Shown here piece by piece: positions 17,819 through 27,658 of a stretch of DNA of 64,000 nt. The stretch comes from Candidatus Beckwithbacteria bacterium GW2011_GWC1_49_16. Its GTDB lineage: Bacteria > Patescibacteriota > Microgenomatia > UBA1400 > CG1-02-47-37. How positions within the stretch are numbered: the first letter of the stretch is position 1; each line of letters begins with the position of its first letter. The notes beneath the pieces are model-generated. The model was given only the letters and a program-made list of their open reading frames with translations. It was not told the origin of the DNA and ran no database searches. A program made the translations under genes and the position numbers. Location: assembly GCA_001029675.1 (NCBI GenBank), contig CP011210.1:384427-448426 (forward strand), written 5' to 3'.

Positions 17819-19939
17819 ATGAATACGAGATCATTTTCCGATCTTTACACTCGTTTACAACATAAACTATTGTTTTACACGAGAGTTCTAGAGATAAATA
17901 CAAAATCTAACTCCTTTGCGACACAAAACCCAAGTAATTCAATTCAACGAATTTATGTCATAAATCTTGATAGAAAACCGGACAGATGGAAGCAGATCAG
18001 TCGTGAGCTGAAACGGATTCGGAGTTGGTCAGGAGAGGCATTGTTTTCGATCACTAGAAGATTTTCAGCCATTGATGCTCGGTATCTTACCAAAGAATCC
18101 TACAATGATGTTTTAAAACCAGAGTATTCACTCGCAGATCAATTGCAAGTTGAACCAAACCCACGCGTAGATATAGATGCCAAATCCCAGGTGCATCGTA
18201 TATCCATGTCGCCCCAAGAAATTGCAATTGCCCTTTCTCATATCCAGATTTGGAAATTAATAGCTTCTAGTAAGGTTCCATATACCTTGGTATTAGAAGA
18301 TGACGTATATTTCCGGAGAAATTTCTCTAGGAGTATTGATAAATTATGGAGTCAAGTTGTTGGTCAATCCCCAAAAGAAATGGTTTTTGATTTGCTTTTT
18401 TTGTCCTTTCAAGAAGTTGGCGTTTCATCTTCACCCAATAGAGTACCAGCTAAATCAGCGCATAAACCAGATTGGGGAATATGGCAAGCATCGGGTTATG
18501 TTCTTTCTCAGCGTGGAGCAGAGAAACTCATTAAATTATTGCCAGCTTATGGGCCAATTGATCTATGGCTAAATTTACAATTTGAGAAACTAGATGTTCT
18601 TATTGCTCATCAATCGATCATTGAACAACAAGTCGATGTTCCTTCAACTAATTACTATTCTGTGATGCCCGTATTATCTCAGATTGGGATATATACTGCG
18701 GAGAAACCGTTTGTTCCCCAATCGAAGAAACTTGTTGGTCCTGTGTTTGCGTTTGGAAATCCAGGAACAGGCTTAACCGCTCTAGCTAAAGCTCTTTCAA
18801 TGTTGGGTTATACATGTTGTAGCGATATAGTACAGTTACCGTCTAGTGAACAAAATAAACTACTCAATGGAAAACGAACCACTACTTTCAATGCATATGT
18901 AAACGTAGGATCGCTTAATCTTGACCTGCTTACCAAATTAGCAAAAACTTACCCTAAAGCACGATTTATCTTTACAACATATCCCAAGCATCAAGTTTCA
19001 TCCGTCTTCCAGAATAGAGAGATTCATTTGCCAAATGATTATAAGGATAAATGGGAAATCCTAAGCAAGTTTCTTAATTGTGAGTATCCCTCATTTTCGT
19101 ATCCCGTTTGTGATGATATAGGTCAACGTGGCATAGAGTTTTCCCGCAATCCAATTAAAAACAGTTTACCTTTTAGGAATCTAAAGTTTGACTCATCTCC
19201 TTGGATTGCGCCATCAAAAGATTGGCAAGGCATTTTTATTAACGAGACACAGCAAAATAATCACTTTGATAAAAAAGTAATTGTGGGTATTGATAATCAC
19301 AGGATTAATGACAAGTATTGGAAGTTACGCGATGATACGTTTCCAAGCAACTTAGCGCTTTTCTCTCCAAACAATCTAAATATAGATAACTCTGGAATAT
19401 TAAATCTCACTTTGCGAAATCAAGGTTCTCCAGTTAGAGCTTTTAGTTCAGGAGCAATAGTTACCCGCCAAACTTATCTATACGGAAAGTTTTCTGTAAA
19501 AATCCGTCCATCCAATATCGCTGGGTTGGTTACTGGGGTTTTTCTTCATAGAAACAGTCCCCATCAAGAGATCGATATTGAATTTCTAGGTAAAGACACA
19601 ACAAGGATGCTTATAAATGTATTCTATAATCCTGGGATCAACGGTACAAAACTTGAATATGGATATCGGGGAACCCCCACTTTAATAGAACTTGGATTCG
19701 ATGCAGCTAAAGACTTTCATACATACGAGATTGAATGGAAAGCGAATATGCTCTCTTGGCTTGTGGATGGACAAATTATTCACCAAAGAACACTTTGGAA
19801 TCCAACTCCAATTCCAGATTTACCAATGGAGTTTAATGTTACTTTATGGTACCCGCGCTCAAAAGAGTTAGCGGGTAACTTAGATCCCTCTAGGATTCCA
19901 AGCACTACCAAAATTAAGTCAATTTGCGTTATACAGTAG
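17819..19939 (+). CDS. GT25 glycosyltransferase fused to a C-terminal GH16 glycoside hydrolase
   Basis: YVINLDR, ALSH..IW, LVLEDDV (GT25); QEIDIEF catalytic motif and DFHTYEIEW (GH16). Confidence 0.8.
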   Translation: MNTRSFSDLYTRLQHKLLFYTRVLEINTKSNSFATQNPSNSIQRIYVINLDRKPDRWKQISRELKRIRSWSGEALFSITRRFSAIDARYLTKESYNDVLKPEYSLADQLQVEPNPRVDIDAKSQVHRISMSPQEIAIALSHIQIWKLIASSKVPYTLVLEDDVYFRRNFSRSIDKLWSQVVGQSPKEMVFDLLFLSFQEVGVSSSPNRVPAKSAHKPDWGIWQASGYVLSQRGAEKLIKLLPAYGPIDLWLNLQFEKLDVLIAHQSIIEQQVDVPSTNYYSVMPVLSQIGIYTAEKPFVPQSKKLVGPVFAFGNPGTGLTALAKALSMLGYTCCSDIVQLPSSEQNKLLNGKRTTTFNAYVNVGSLNLDLLTKLAKTYPKARFIFTTYPKHQVSSVFQNREIHLPNDYKDKWEILSKFLNCEYPSFSYPVCDDIGQRGIEFSRNPIKNSLPFRNLKFDSSPWIAPSKDWQGIFINETQQNNHFDKKVIVGIDNHRINDKYWKLRDDTFPSNLALFSPNNLNIDNSGILNLTLRNQGSPVRAFSSGAIVTRQTYLYGKFSVKIRPSNIAGLVTGVFLHRNSPHQEIDIEFLGKDTTRMLINVFYNPGINGTKLEYGYRGTPTLIELGFDAAKDFHTYEIEWKANMLSWLVDGQIIHQRTLWNPTPIPDLPMEFNVTLWYPRSKELAGNLDPSRIPSTTKIKSICVIQ

Positions 19940-20054
19940 AACTAAGACAGATATCCCACTTCTTTTTTTATACTGTCTCATTTGTCTCTTTTAACCTCGT
20001 GGTGAGACATCGGTTATAATGACAGAAAGGGCCTAGACCGGCCTGTTCAACCCT

Positions 20055-20930
20055 ATGAATAAGAAACATATTTATATCTGCTCGCCATCTGCTCCTTACG
20101 ACCCTAAGGATTTTCCGGCAACTATTAAAAGTAACATTAGAAATCTCAAAAAGTTGGGCTTTGAAGTGACTGTTTCTAAACACGCCCTTGATTATCATGG
20201 GAATACCTCGGCTAATATAACAGATAGAGTTAGCGATCTACACGAGGGGTTTAAGAATTCTAAGTATGACGTGGTCATGGCTTTATGCGGCGGCTGGAAT
20301 TCAAATGAAATTTTGCCCTTCTTAGACTATAAATTAGTAAAAGATAATCCCAAGCTGTTTGTTGGTTTTTCTGACATGACTACCCTTGGAGTTAATCTTT
20401 GGCAGAAAGCAAATATTCAAACGATTTACGGTCACACTTTAACTAAATTTGACCTTAATGAAACTGAAAACTATGCTCAATTTGTAAATGTTATTAATGA
20501 CATAAACGGGTTTAATGGTTTTACTAGAAAGAAAATTAATAAAAAGCAAGTCTATCGGCCAGGGGTGATGGAGGGAAGATTGGTTGGTGGTTGCTTAGCG
20601 GTTTTATGTTGGTTACTGGGGACACCCTATCAACTTAGAGTCCCGGAAAAAGAAATTCTTTTTTTAGAAGACGACGAAGAAACTAATGGTTATTACTGGC
20701 AAATGTATTTAGCCCATCTTAAACAGGCTGAATATTTTGAAAATATTAGCGGACTTGTTTTGGGCAAAGTTTCTAAGAAAACCAAATTTAACAGGGGTGC
20801 CAAATTCAAAGATATTCTAAAAATTATTTTTAAGGACTACAAGTTTCCCATTTTGATTAATGCTGACATTGGCCATATCGAGAATCCTATTTGTATTCCA
20901 TACGGTTTAAAATATAGATTAAGTTTGTGA
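20055..20930 (+). CDS. S66 LD-carboxypeptidase (MccF/LdcA-like)
   Basis: SPS, GGWNS, GFSDMT, GRLVGGCL, LFLED, DIGH. Confidence 0.88.
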   Translation: MNKKHIYICSPSAPYDPKDFPATIKSNIRNLKKLGFEVTVSKHALDYHGNTSANITDRVSDLHEGFKNSKYDVVMALCGGWNSNEILPFLDYKLVKDNPKLFVGFSDMTTLGVNLWQKANIQTIYGHTLTKFDLNETENYAQFVNVINDINGFNGFTRKKINKKQVYRPGVMEGRLVGGCLAVLCWLLGTPYQLRVPEKEILFLEDDEETNGYYWQMYLAHLKQAEYFENISGLVLGKVSKKTKFNRGAKFKDILKIIFKDYKFPILINADIGHIENPICIPYGLKYRLSL

Positions 20931-20994
20931 AACAGGCGTATTCCATTTGGTTTGTGCCGCGGGAGGGGGTGAAGAAGCCCTTGAAGGAAATAAA

Positions 20995-21699
20995 ATGAAT
21001 ATAAAACGGGTTGGAGAATACGGGCAAAGATATAAAGATGAATTTTTGATCAGCGACTTGGGAGTAAAAGCTCAACTTCTTGGTGATTGGCATGAGGGTT
21101 TGAACTTCTTTTTCAGAAAATCATTTTACCGTGGGCGTAAGGACGAAATATCTGATGTTTTCAGAGAAAGAGCGTTAGAGGTGATTCAAGAATTTGATTT
21201 AAGAAATAATATTCGTAAATTTAAGCCTTCAGAGTTTAACAAACTTCTTAAACAGAATAGAGTAAATAACCGGGTGGATAGGCGGATGATTTGTCAGTCT
21301 ATTGAGCTAATAAAGGGAAAAGGTGGTTTGAATATTGTTTCTTACTCCGTTGAACAGATTAAAAAAGACGAGGTTGCAGGTGTTTATGATGAGTTGTGTA
21401 AAATTTACGGAGTGGCTGACAAAATAGCGACTTTTTTCTTGAGAGATTTGGCAATTGTTTTCGGTCTTGAAGGCAAAATTGACGAGCAAGATTATATTTA
21501 CTTCCAGCCAATTGATACATGGGTACGCCAAGTTGCTGAAAGATTGAAAATTATTGACGAGAGAGAAAATAACGCAGACACCATTAAGGAAAAGATAATC
21601 TCAGCAACCTTGAGTGAAGGAGTTTCTCCGCTGTTGTTTAACGCTGGCGCATGGTATATAGGAAAACATTCTTTTGATCTACTTTTTAACAATGAATGA
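20995..21699 (+). CDS. Hypothetical protein, HhH-GPD/N-glycosylase-like
   Basis: IYGVADKIATFFLRD and QPIDTWV resemble the HhH hairpin and catalytic Asp. Confidence 0.5.
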   Translation: MNIKRVGEYGQRYKDEFLISDLGVKAQLLGDWHEGLNFFFRKSFYRGRKDEISDVFRERALEVIQEFDLRNNIRKFKPSEFNKLLKQNRVNNRVDRRMICQSIELIKGKGGLNIVSYSVEQIKKDEVAGVYDELCKIYGVADKIATFFLRDLAIVFGLEGKIDEQDYIYFQPIDTWVRQVAERLKIIDERENNADTIKEKIISATLSEGVSPLLFNAGAWYIGKHSFDLLFNNE

Positions 21700-21838
21700 T
21701 GGCATTAACTATATTACTCATTAAATATTTATTTATTTTTCAGTGAATTTACATTAGTAAAGTGTCAAAATGTTTATATAACTTTTGTAAGCTGGCAACA
21801 ATGGTTTGGTATAATAAGAGGAAGGGCGGTGATGAAAG

Positions 21839-22036
21839 ATGAGGGAGAATTTAACCGGTGTGGCTTCGGAAGAGCCTCCTAAAAAGCCTCCTACTGCTAG
21901 AGAGTTGCTTTCTAGGGTTTTGCCAATTTTTGGCCGTTCTGGTGGGAGTTTAAAATTTGAGCCTAAGGCTACGGATTTGAGTCGGGTGAGGCCAAAACGC
22001 AGCCAGCCAGTAGAAGAAAAACCGGCAGAGAAATGA
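21839..22036 (+). CDS. Small hypothetical protein
   Basis: 65-aa ORF with ATGA overlap to the next gene. Confidence 0.45.
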   Translation: MRENLTGVASEEPPKKPPTARELLSRVLPIFGRSGGSLKFEPKATDLSRVRPKRSQPVEEKPAEK

Positions 22037-22539
22037 GTCAACTTTATTCCGTCTGGATCGTGCCGCGGGAATTAAGCCGGCCGCTGAAGGCGACAATCGA
22101 CCGGTTGGCCGAGGAGTATAAGAGTCCCAAGTTTGAGCCGCACCTGACGCTTTTGTCCCAGGTTGAGGGAGAAAAAGAGGAGATGATAGACAAGGCTAAA
22201 AAGCTGGCGGCGGAATTGAGCCCGTTTGACCTGTCTTTGGGGGAGGTGGCCATGAGCACTACTTATTACCAATGCGTTTTTGTCCGGGTGAGGCCGACGG
22301 CGAAACTGATTGAAGCTAACCTTAAGGCCAAGGAAATTTTCAAACTAGAAAATGACGTGTTTATGCCCCACATCAGCCTGGCGTATGGTGATTTTGCGCC
22401 CCAAACCCGCGAAGAGATGATGGGCAAGGTGATTTTGCCCCAAGAGAGAGATTTTCGGGCGGAAGTTTTGACCATGGTGCCGGTTACAGAGGATCCGGCC
22501 GGCTGGGAGCATTTGATCGAAGCGCCGCTAATTGGGTGA
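22033..22539 (+). CDS. 2H phosphoesterase (cyclic phosphodiesterase-like)
   Basis: Two HxT/S motifs, PHLTL and PHISL. Confidence 0.85.
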   Translation: MSQLYSVWIVPRELSRPLKATIDRLAEEYKSPKFEPHLTLLSQVEGEKEEMIDKAKKLAAELSPFDLSLGEVAMSTTYYQCVFVRVRPTAKLIEANLKAKEIFKLENDVFMPHISLAYGDFAPQTREEMMGKVILPQERDFRAEVLTMVPVTEDPAGWEHLIEAPLIG

Positions 22540-22570
22540 CTTTGGGGTAGTTTTTGCTATAATCCTGGCC

Positions 22571-23863
22571 ATGCCGCGAGAATTTGGGGAAATTTCAATT
22601 GGCGAACATACTCTTAGTCGAGAGACTCTGCCGAATGGCTTAAGGGTGGTAGTATTGGATCGGCCCGAGACCTACAGGGCATCCTTGAATCTAGTAGTGG
22701 CGGCCGGAAACAGATATACCGACGGTGCTCCGGCGGGAACGGCCCAATTCTTAGAGCACCTTTTTTACCACGAGGAAGAGAAAAGGGTGCCTCGGAATCA
22801 AAGTGAAGACGACTCGGAAACCAACGCGGATTATGTGTCGTTTACGGCCACGTTTCCTGCCGACAGAATTGAAGCAGAGATGGAGCGGATGGAAAGACTG
22901 GTTTTTGGCGGCATTGAAAACCTAGACGGTAACAGGTCTATTCAGCAAGGGATAGTCAGAGTGGAGCGGGGGGTCAACCACGACAAGCCATGGCTTATGA
23001 ATATGAGCCTGGTAAGAAGCATGGCTTGGCGGGATCACGCTTTGGGGAAAAGCATGCATGGCACCCCGGAGTCGATCTATCGAATTACCCCGGAGAATTT
23101 ATCAGATTTTTACCAAAGTCATTTTAGGCCCGACCGGTCTATTTTAACCGTTGCCGGGCCGGTTAATGTTAGTCATGTTACGGCTTTGGCGTCAAAGGTG
23201 TTTGGGAAGGGCCAAGCCGGAGAAGCTGGTTTGTTCCCCGGTACAGAGCCGCCTCAATTCAATCCGGCCTTGAGAGTGAGGGTGGAAGAGACGGGTACGA
23301 ATTTGAGCTATATTACCCTAGCTTTTTCTACCGGAGCATACGGAGAGTCCAGTCCAGAGCACGCGGGGATTGAGGTTTTGAGTAATGTTTTAAACGAGAG
23401 GGTGTATAAAAGTTTAGTGCTGGAGAACGGTTGGTCCTATCAACCGAGTGCTTACGCTTGGTTGGTGGCCGACGGCGGTTTTTTGATATTGCAGGCCGAA
23501 ACTTTGCCGGTCAATACCGAACAAACCATGGCCTATTTGGTCAGCGAAGCGGTCAGGGCCCCGGTGAGCCAAAAGGAGGCAGGTGATGCCATTTCCAAGG
23601 AGTTAAGATATTTAGAGGATAAACTGCGAAGGAGTGAAACGGCTGTCAGGTATTTAGGCGAAGAGGAGTTGTACCGGGGCGTGACCCGGATTGATGCCGT
23701 ATTTGCCCGAGTGACGGCGGTTGATACCGGCAAGCTTAATGGTCTTAAGGAATGGGTGGTGGCGGGGGAAAACAGCCTGGCAGTTGTTTCCGGGCCGGTG
23801 CATCGAGGCTTGGTGTCTAGGTTGAACCAGGCGCTGAATCAAAACTTGGATTTTCAAGGGTAA
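22571..23863 (+). CDS. M16 (insulinase) family protein with an atypical Zn site
   Basis: TLPNGLRV, GTAQFLEHL, FY..HFRP...ILTVAG. Confidence 0.8.
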   Translation: MPREFGEISIGEHTLSRETLPNGLRVVVLDRPETYRASLNLVVAAGNRYTDGAPAGTAQFLEHLFYHEEEKRVPRNQSEDDSETNADYVSFTATFPADRIEAEMERMERLVFGGIENLDGNRSIQQGIVRVERGVNHDKPWLMNMSLVRSMAWRDHALGKSMHGTPESIYRITPENLSDFYQSHFRPDRSILTVAGPVNVSHVTALASKVFGKGQAGEAGLFPGTEPPQFNPALRVRVEETGTNLSYITLAFSTGAYGESSPEHAGIEVLSNVLNERVYKSLVLENGWSYQPSAYAWLVADGGFLILQAETLPVNTEQTMAYLVSEAVRAPVSQKEAGDAISKELRYLEDKLRRSETAVRYLGEEELYRGVTRIDAVFARVTAVDTGKLNGLKEWVVAGENSLAVVSGPVHRGLVSRLNQALNQNLDFQG

Positions 23864-24326
23864 TAAAGGAGAAATGGTAGTCCCCTTCCTGGCTTTTGGT
23901 TTGTGAGGTTAGCTTAAAACGGGAATAGTCGGGGAAGAAAGTGTCGCAGCCAAAGTCGCCTTCGATTTTGGTGACGTAGAGGCGGTCGGCCTGATCTATC
24001 GTCTGGCGGTAGAGCTCTCCCCCGCCGATGACAAACAATTCCCGATCGTCGTGGCTTTGGGCTAGATTAATAGCCTCGTCTAGCGAATGGGTTATCAGGC
24101 AGCCCGGGGCGGAATAGTTTGAGTCGCGGGTGACAACAATATTGGTTCTTCCGGGCAAGGGCTGGCCGATGGTTTGGTGGGTTTTGCGGCCCATGATGAT
24201 GGGGTAACCGTAGGTGATTTTTTTGAAGTGTTTTAAGTCGGCGCTGATATGCCAGGGAATAAGGCCGTTTTTGGCGATACCAAGCTTGTCATCGTGGGCG
24301 ACAATGAGGGAAAGTTCGGCGGACAT
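23817..24326 (-). CDS. folA: Dihydrofolate reductase
   Basis: IPWHISADLKHFK, IMGRKT, PLPGRTNIV, IGGG, CDTFFP. Confidence 0.95.
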   Translation of the reverse strand: MSAELSLIVAHDDKLGIAKNGLIPWHISADLKHFKKITYGYPIIMGRKTHQTIGQPLPGRTNIVVTRDSNYSAPGCLITHSLDEAINLAQSHDDRELFVIGGGELYRQTIDQADRLYVTKIEGDFGCDTFFPDYSRFKLTSQTKSQEGDYHFSFITLENPSFDSAPGST

Positions 24327-24327
24327 G

Positions 24328-25278
24328 TTAAAAACCGCCGACGACGGTGATTTTTCCCTTAATCGGCGGGTGGGGGTGGTAGCCTGCGACTTCAAAGTCC
24401 TCAAATTTAAAGTCGTCGATGGATTTGACTTTAGGATTAATTTTAATTTTCGGGAAAGGCCGGGGTTTTCTTTTGAGCTGTAACTTGACCTGGTCAAAGT
24501 GGTTTTGGTAAATGTGGGCATCGCCAAAAGTATGGACGAACTCGCCGGGCTTGTAGCCGGTGACTTGGGCTAAAATCAGGGTCAGAAGCGAGTAGGAGGC
24601 GATATTGAAAGGCACGCCCAAGAACATGTCGGCCGAGCGCTGGTAGAGTTGTAAAGAAAGCTTACCGGCGGTGATGTTTACATGATAAAGGGTGTGGCAG
24701 GGAGCGATGGCCATGGAGTCTTCTCTAGTCTTGGCCATCTCGTAGATGTTGGCCGGGTTCCAGGCGGAAACCAGGTAATGTTTTTTTTGAGGGAATTTCT
24801 TGATCTTGTCGATGACCCAGGCCAATTGATCGATGGTGCGGCCACTTTCTGTCGGCCAGCGGCGCCACTGGACGCCGTAGACCGGGCCGATGTCGCACCA
24901 GCGGGCCATAAACTTTTTGTCTTTTTTGGCTTGGTCGATGAACTGGATAAGATTCATTTTTTTAACCTTGCCCTGATCCATGAGTTTTTTATAAGGTTTG
25001 TAGGCCCAGTCGTCCCAGATGTGGACGTCGTTTTCGACCAAGTAGCGGATGTTTGATTCTCCCGATAAAAACCAGATCAGCTCGTGGATGATGCCGCGCA
25101 AGAAAACTTTTTTGGTGGTGAGTAAGGGAAAGCCTTGAGACAGGTCAAAGTGCATCTGGCGGCCAAAGACGGATTTTAACTTGACGCCGGTGGAGTGGCT
25201 TATTTTCCAAGTGCCGTGATCAAGGATGTCTTTTAATAAATTGAGGTATTGGTATTCGGGGTGGACTTTGGCGGGCAT
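24328..25278 (-). CDS. thyA: Thymidylate synthase
   Basis: FPLLTTKK, GPVYGVQWR, APCH, YQRSADMFLGVPFN, GDAHIY. Confidence 0.97.
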   Translation of the reverse strand: MPAKVHPEYQYLNLLKDILDHGTWKISHSTGVKLKSVFGRQMHFDLSQGFPLLTTKKVFLRGIIHELIWFLSGESNIRYLVENDVHIWDDWAYKPYKKLMDQGKVKKMNLIQFIDQAKKDKKFMARWCDIGPVYGVQWRRWPTESGRTIDQLAWVIDKIKKFPQKKHYLVSAWNPANIYEMAKTREDSMAIAPCHTLYHVNITAGKLSLQLYQRSADMFLGVPFNIASYSLLTLILAQVTGYKPGEFVHTFGDAHIYQNHFDQVKLQLKRKPRPFPKIKINPKVKSIDDFKFEDFEVAGYHPHPPIKGKITVVGGF

Positions 25279-25338
25279 AGTCAACATTTTAGGGGAAGTG
25301 GCGGGCGGCCGCAAGAGTTTGGTAGAATATAAGGGTAA

Positions 25339-25423
25339 GCCGTGGTGGCGGAACCGGTAGACGCTCGAGACTTAAAATCTCGTGGGAGTATATCCCGTGT
25401 GGGTTCGAGTCCCACCCTCGGCA
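25339..25423 (+). tRNA. tRNA-Leu(TAA)
   Basis: Long variable arm, anticodon loop CTTAAAA. Confidence 0.92.
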
Positions 25424-25440
25424 CCCCTCCGCTAAAGCTA

Positions 25441-25513
25441 CGGGGTGTAGCGCAGTTGGCAGCGCGCCTCGTTTGGGACGAGGAGGTCCTCGGTTCGAAT
25501 CCGAGCACCCCGA
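25441..25513 (+). tRNA. tRNA-Pro(TGG)
   Basis: CGGGGTG...CACCCCG-A, anticodon loop TTTGGGA. Confidence 0.95.
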
Positions 25514-25549
25514 CCGCGTAAAGCTCGCGATGCTCGCCACGCGGCAAGC
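25514..25549 (+). repeat. tRNA-3'-adjacent hairpin motif (also at 27323-27360 and 41091-41118)
   Basis: CCRCGTAAAG-[variable hairpin]-CYACGYGGCAAGC, with a compensatory change in the third copy. Confidence 0.8.
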
Positions 25550-25593
25550 CGTAAGCTTGCGACGTGATTTGAGCTAAGCGAAAATTTTACGTT

Positions 25594-25664
25594 GCGGGAT
25601 TAGTTGATCGGCTCAACGTCACCCTTCCAAGGTGAAGAAAGGGGTTCGACTCCCCTATCCCGCT
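25594..25664 (+). tRNA. tRNA-Gly(TCC)
   Basis: GCGGGAT...ATCCCGC-T, anticodon loop CTTCCAA. Confidence 0.9.
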
Positions 25665-27166
25665 CAATAACGCTCGATGATTCTTTTGACTGCCAAGTAG
25701 TAGAAGGCGTCTGCCAGTGAGTTAACCGTACCTTTTTTGATCAGTTGGCGCATTTGTTTATAGGTGGTTCTTATTGACCACTCGATCATCGTCTGGGAGT
25801 CTTTTTGGTTGACGCTGGTGCGGGCGACGTTGGCGGCCCACTCGATTAAAGAGCCGGCGACGCCGCCGGAATTGGCAAACGAACCGGTCAAATGGTCGAT
25901 ACCCATTTTGGGCAAGATTTCTTCGGCCAAAGGAGTGACCGGGCCGTTGGCGCCGTCGACGATAAGAAGATTCCGGGGCAAAAATTTGACGTTGTGGCGA
26001 TTTACCACCCGCTCTTGGGAAGAAACGAACAAAACATTCATGCCCGACTGGCTCCACAATTTTTCCTTGCCGGCTAAGACCTTGACTTTACCCTTTTGAG
26101 TTTTGGCCCAGTCTGATAGCGAGCCTCTTTTGGCTTTGGTTTGGCCGATTTGGGCCAAATCCTTAACGGTTAAGCCGTCTGGTTTTAAGATGACCGAGCG
26201 GCTATCGGTGAGGCCTAAAACCTGGATGCCTTGACTAACTAGCAGGCTGGCGGCAGGCAGGGCGGCATTGCCGGCGCCGTCGAAGACTACTTTTAGTTCG
26301 GACGGTTTGATTTTTTTGTCTTCCATCCAGGCTTTTAAAGCTACGGCGGTGCCGAAGCCGGTAGCCGCTGCGCGAGCTTTATTGCCTAAGTATTTTCTGT
26401 CAGGGGTTTTGCCGGTGATGACGCCGACGACCAGGTTCCGGGGCATTTTCAATTTCAGATCTTTAACCGCTCTAGCGTAGCCGTCGACAAAGCCGTCCAT
26501 GACAGAATGACCGGCGACCTTGCCGGTGGTGGCGATGTCTCCGGCGGGGACGTCGCGGTCCCAGCCGACGACGCCTTTTAGGCCCAGTTGATAACCAAAC
26601 TCTGCCAAAACCTTCCAGACAAACTGATTGTGATCGGGTAAGTAACTTGATCTGGGGCCGATAAGCACGCCTTTGGAGCCGCCGCGGACGGCCAAGCCTT
26701 TGGCGCGGGGATGTTTTTTGGTAAAGCCGGAGTGTTTTAGAACCTTAGAAAAGTTGACGCCGGAGTTTTTGACCAGCATTTCCAGGCCCAGGGCAAAGAC
26801 GTCGTCGAGCGCCAGTTGGCGGGCGGCGTCGATGTCTTTGATGGTTTTGACTTTGTCGCCCAGCCCCTCGACGCCAAGGTAACGGATGCCGCCTTTGACG
26901 ATTTGGCCGGGCTTAAATGGTTTGGCGTCGTCAAACCAGGAGCGCAAACCCATGATCATGTAAGTGACACCTTTGAAAGTAACCGGAAAACTAAGTTCGG
27001 CGGTGAAGGAGGGGTAGAGAATGCGGGAAGTGACGGCCTGGTTAAGTTTAATCTTTTTGTCGTCCCGGGCGATTTGGGTGAGGGCTTTTAAAACCCTAAA
27101 TTGGGCTCCGGCCAAAAAAGACTGCTCGGCTTGTTTTTTCAAATCGGTCAGCGTTTTTGCCAACAT
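25664..27166 (-). CDS. Glu/Leu/Phe/Val dehydrogenase family protein
   Basis: KGGIRY, GGSKG, DVPAGD, ITGK, ATGFG, GAGN, GANGP, ANSGGV; start uncertain. Confidence 0.85.
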   Translation of the reverse strand: MLAKTLTDLKKQAEQSFLAGAQFRVLKALTQIARDDKKIKLNQAVTSRILYPSFTAELSFPVTFKGVTYMIMGLRSWFDDAKPFKPGQIVKGGIRYLGVEGLGDKVKTIKDIDAARQLALDDVFALGLEMLVKNSGVNFSKVLKHSGFTKKHPRAKGLAVRGGSKGVLIGPRSSYLPDHNQFVWKVLAEFGYQLGLKGVVGWDRDVPAGDIATTGKVAGHSVMDGFVDGYARAVKDLKLKMPRNLVVGVITGKTPDRKYLGNKARAAATGFGTAVALKAWMEDKKIKPSELKVVFDGAGNAALPAASLLVSQGIQVLGLTDSRSVILKPDGLTVKDLAQIGQTKAKRGSLSDWAKTQKGKVKVLAGKEKLWSQSGMNVLFVSSQERVVNRHNVKFLPRNLLIVDGANGPVTPLAEEILPKMGIDHLTGSFANSGGVAGSLIEWAANVARTSVNQKDSQTMIEWSIRTTYKQMRQLIKKGTVNSLADAFYYLAVKRIIERY

Positions 27167-27249
27167 TTTTTTATTATACACTCTTTTTAAAAGTAAGCCA
27201 TGGGGTTGCCTTTGGTGTGATATACTTTGATAGGCTTGAGGAAATTTGA

Positions 27250-27322
27250 GCGCCTGTAGCTCAGGGGATAGAGCAACTGTCTTCTAAACAGTAGGCCACA
27301 GGTTCGAATCCTGTCAGGCGCA
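27250..27322 (+). tRNA. tRNA-Arg(TCT)
   Basis: GCGCCTG...CAGGCGC-A, anticodon loop CTTCTAA. Confidence 0.95.
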
Positions 27323-27391
27323 CCGCGTAAAGTCCCGCTTAGCGGGACCACGCGGCAAGCACGCGTAAAAATAGTACACGCCGCAAGCACT

Positions 27392-27658
27392 ATGTATTTT
27401 GTTTACCTGCTGCAAAGCTTAAAATTCTCCAGATTATATATTGGTTTCACTCCAGACGACGTTAATAGACGTTTAGCCAAACACAATTCAGGATTAGTTC
27501 TTTCCACTAAAACATATAAACCATGGAAACTTATTTATTTTGAAGCTTATTTGAATCGAAAAGACGCTTTGGGCAGAGAAAGATATTTGAAGAGCGGTTC
27601 AGGGAGGAAGTTTTTGAATAAACAACTTAGAAATTATTTTACAGATAAGGTAAAATAG
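27392..27658 (+). CDS. Stand-alone GIY-YIG nuclease
   Basis: YFVYLL...LYIGFT...RRL..HN.G...T..YKPW.L.Y.E...RE..LKSG. Confidence 0.92.
   Translation: MYFVYLLQSLKFSRLYIGFTPDDVNRRLAKHNSGLVLSTKTYKPWKLIYFEAYLNRKDALGRERYLKSGSGRKFLNKQLRNYFTDKVK

Noticed and set aside
25281-25547. ORFs overlapping tRNA genes (also 11642-11854, 12003-12311, 27187-27390, 41061-41255)
   Set aside because: Shadow frames of tRNA sequences.
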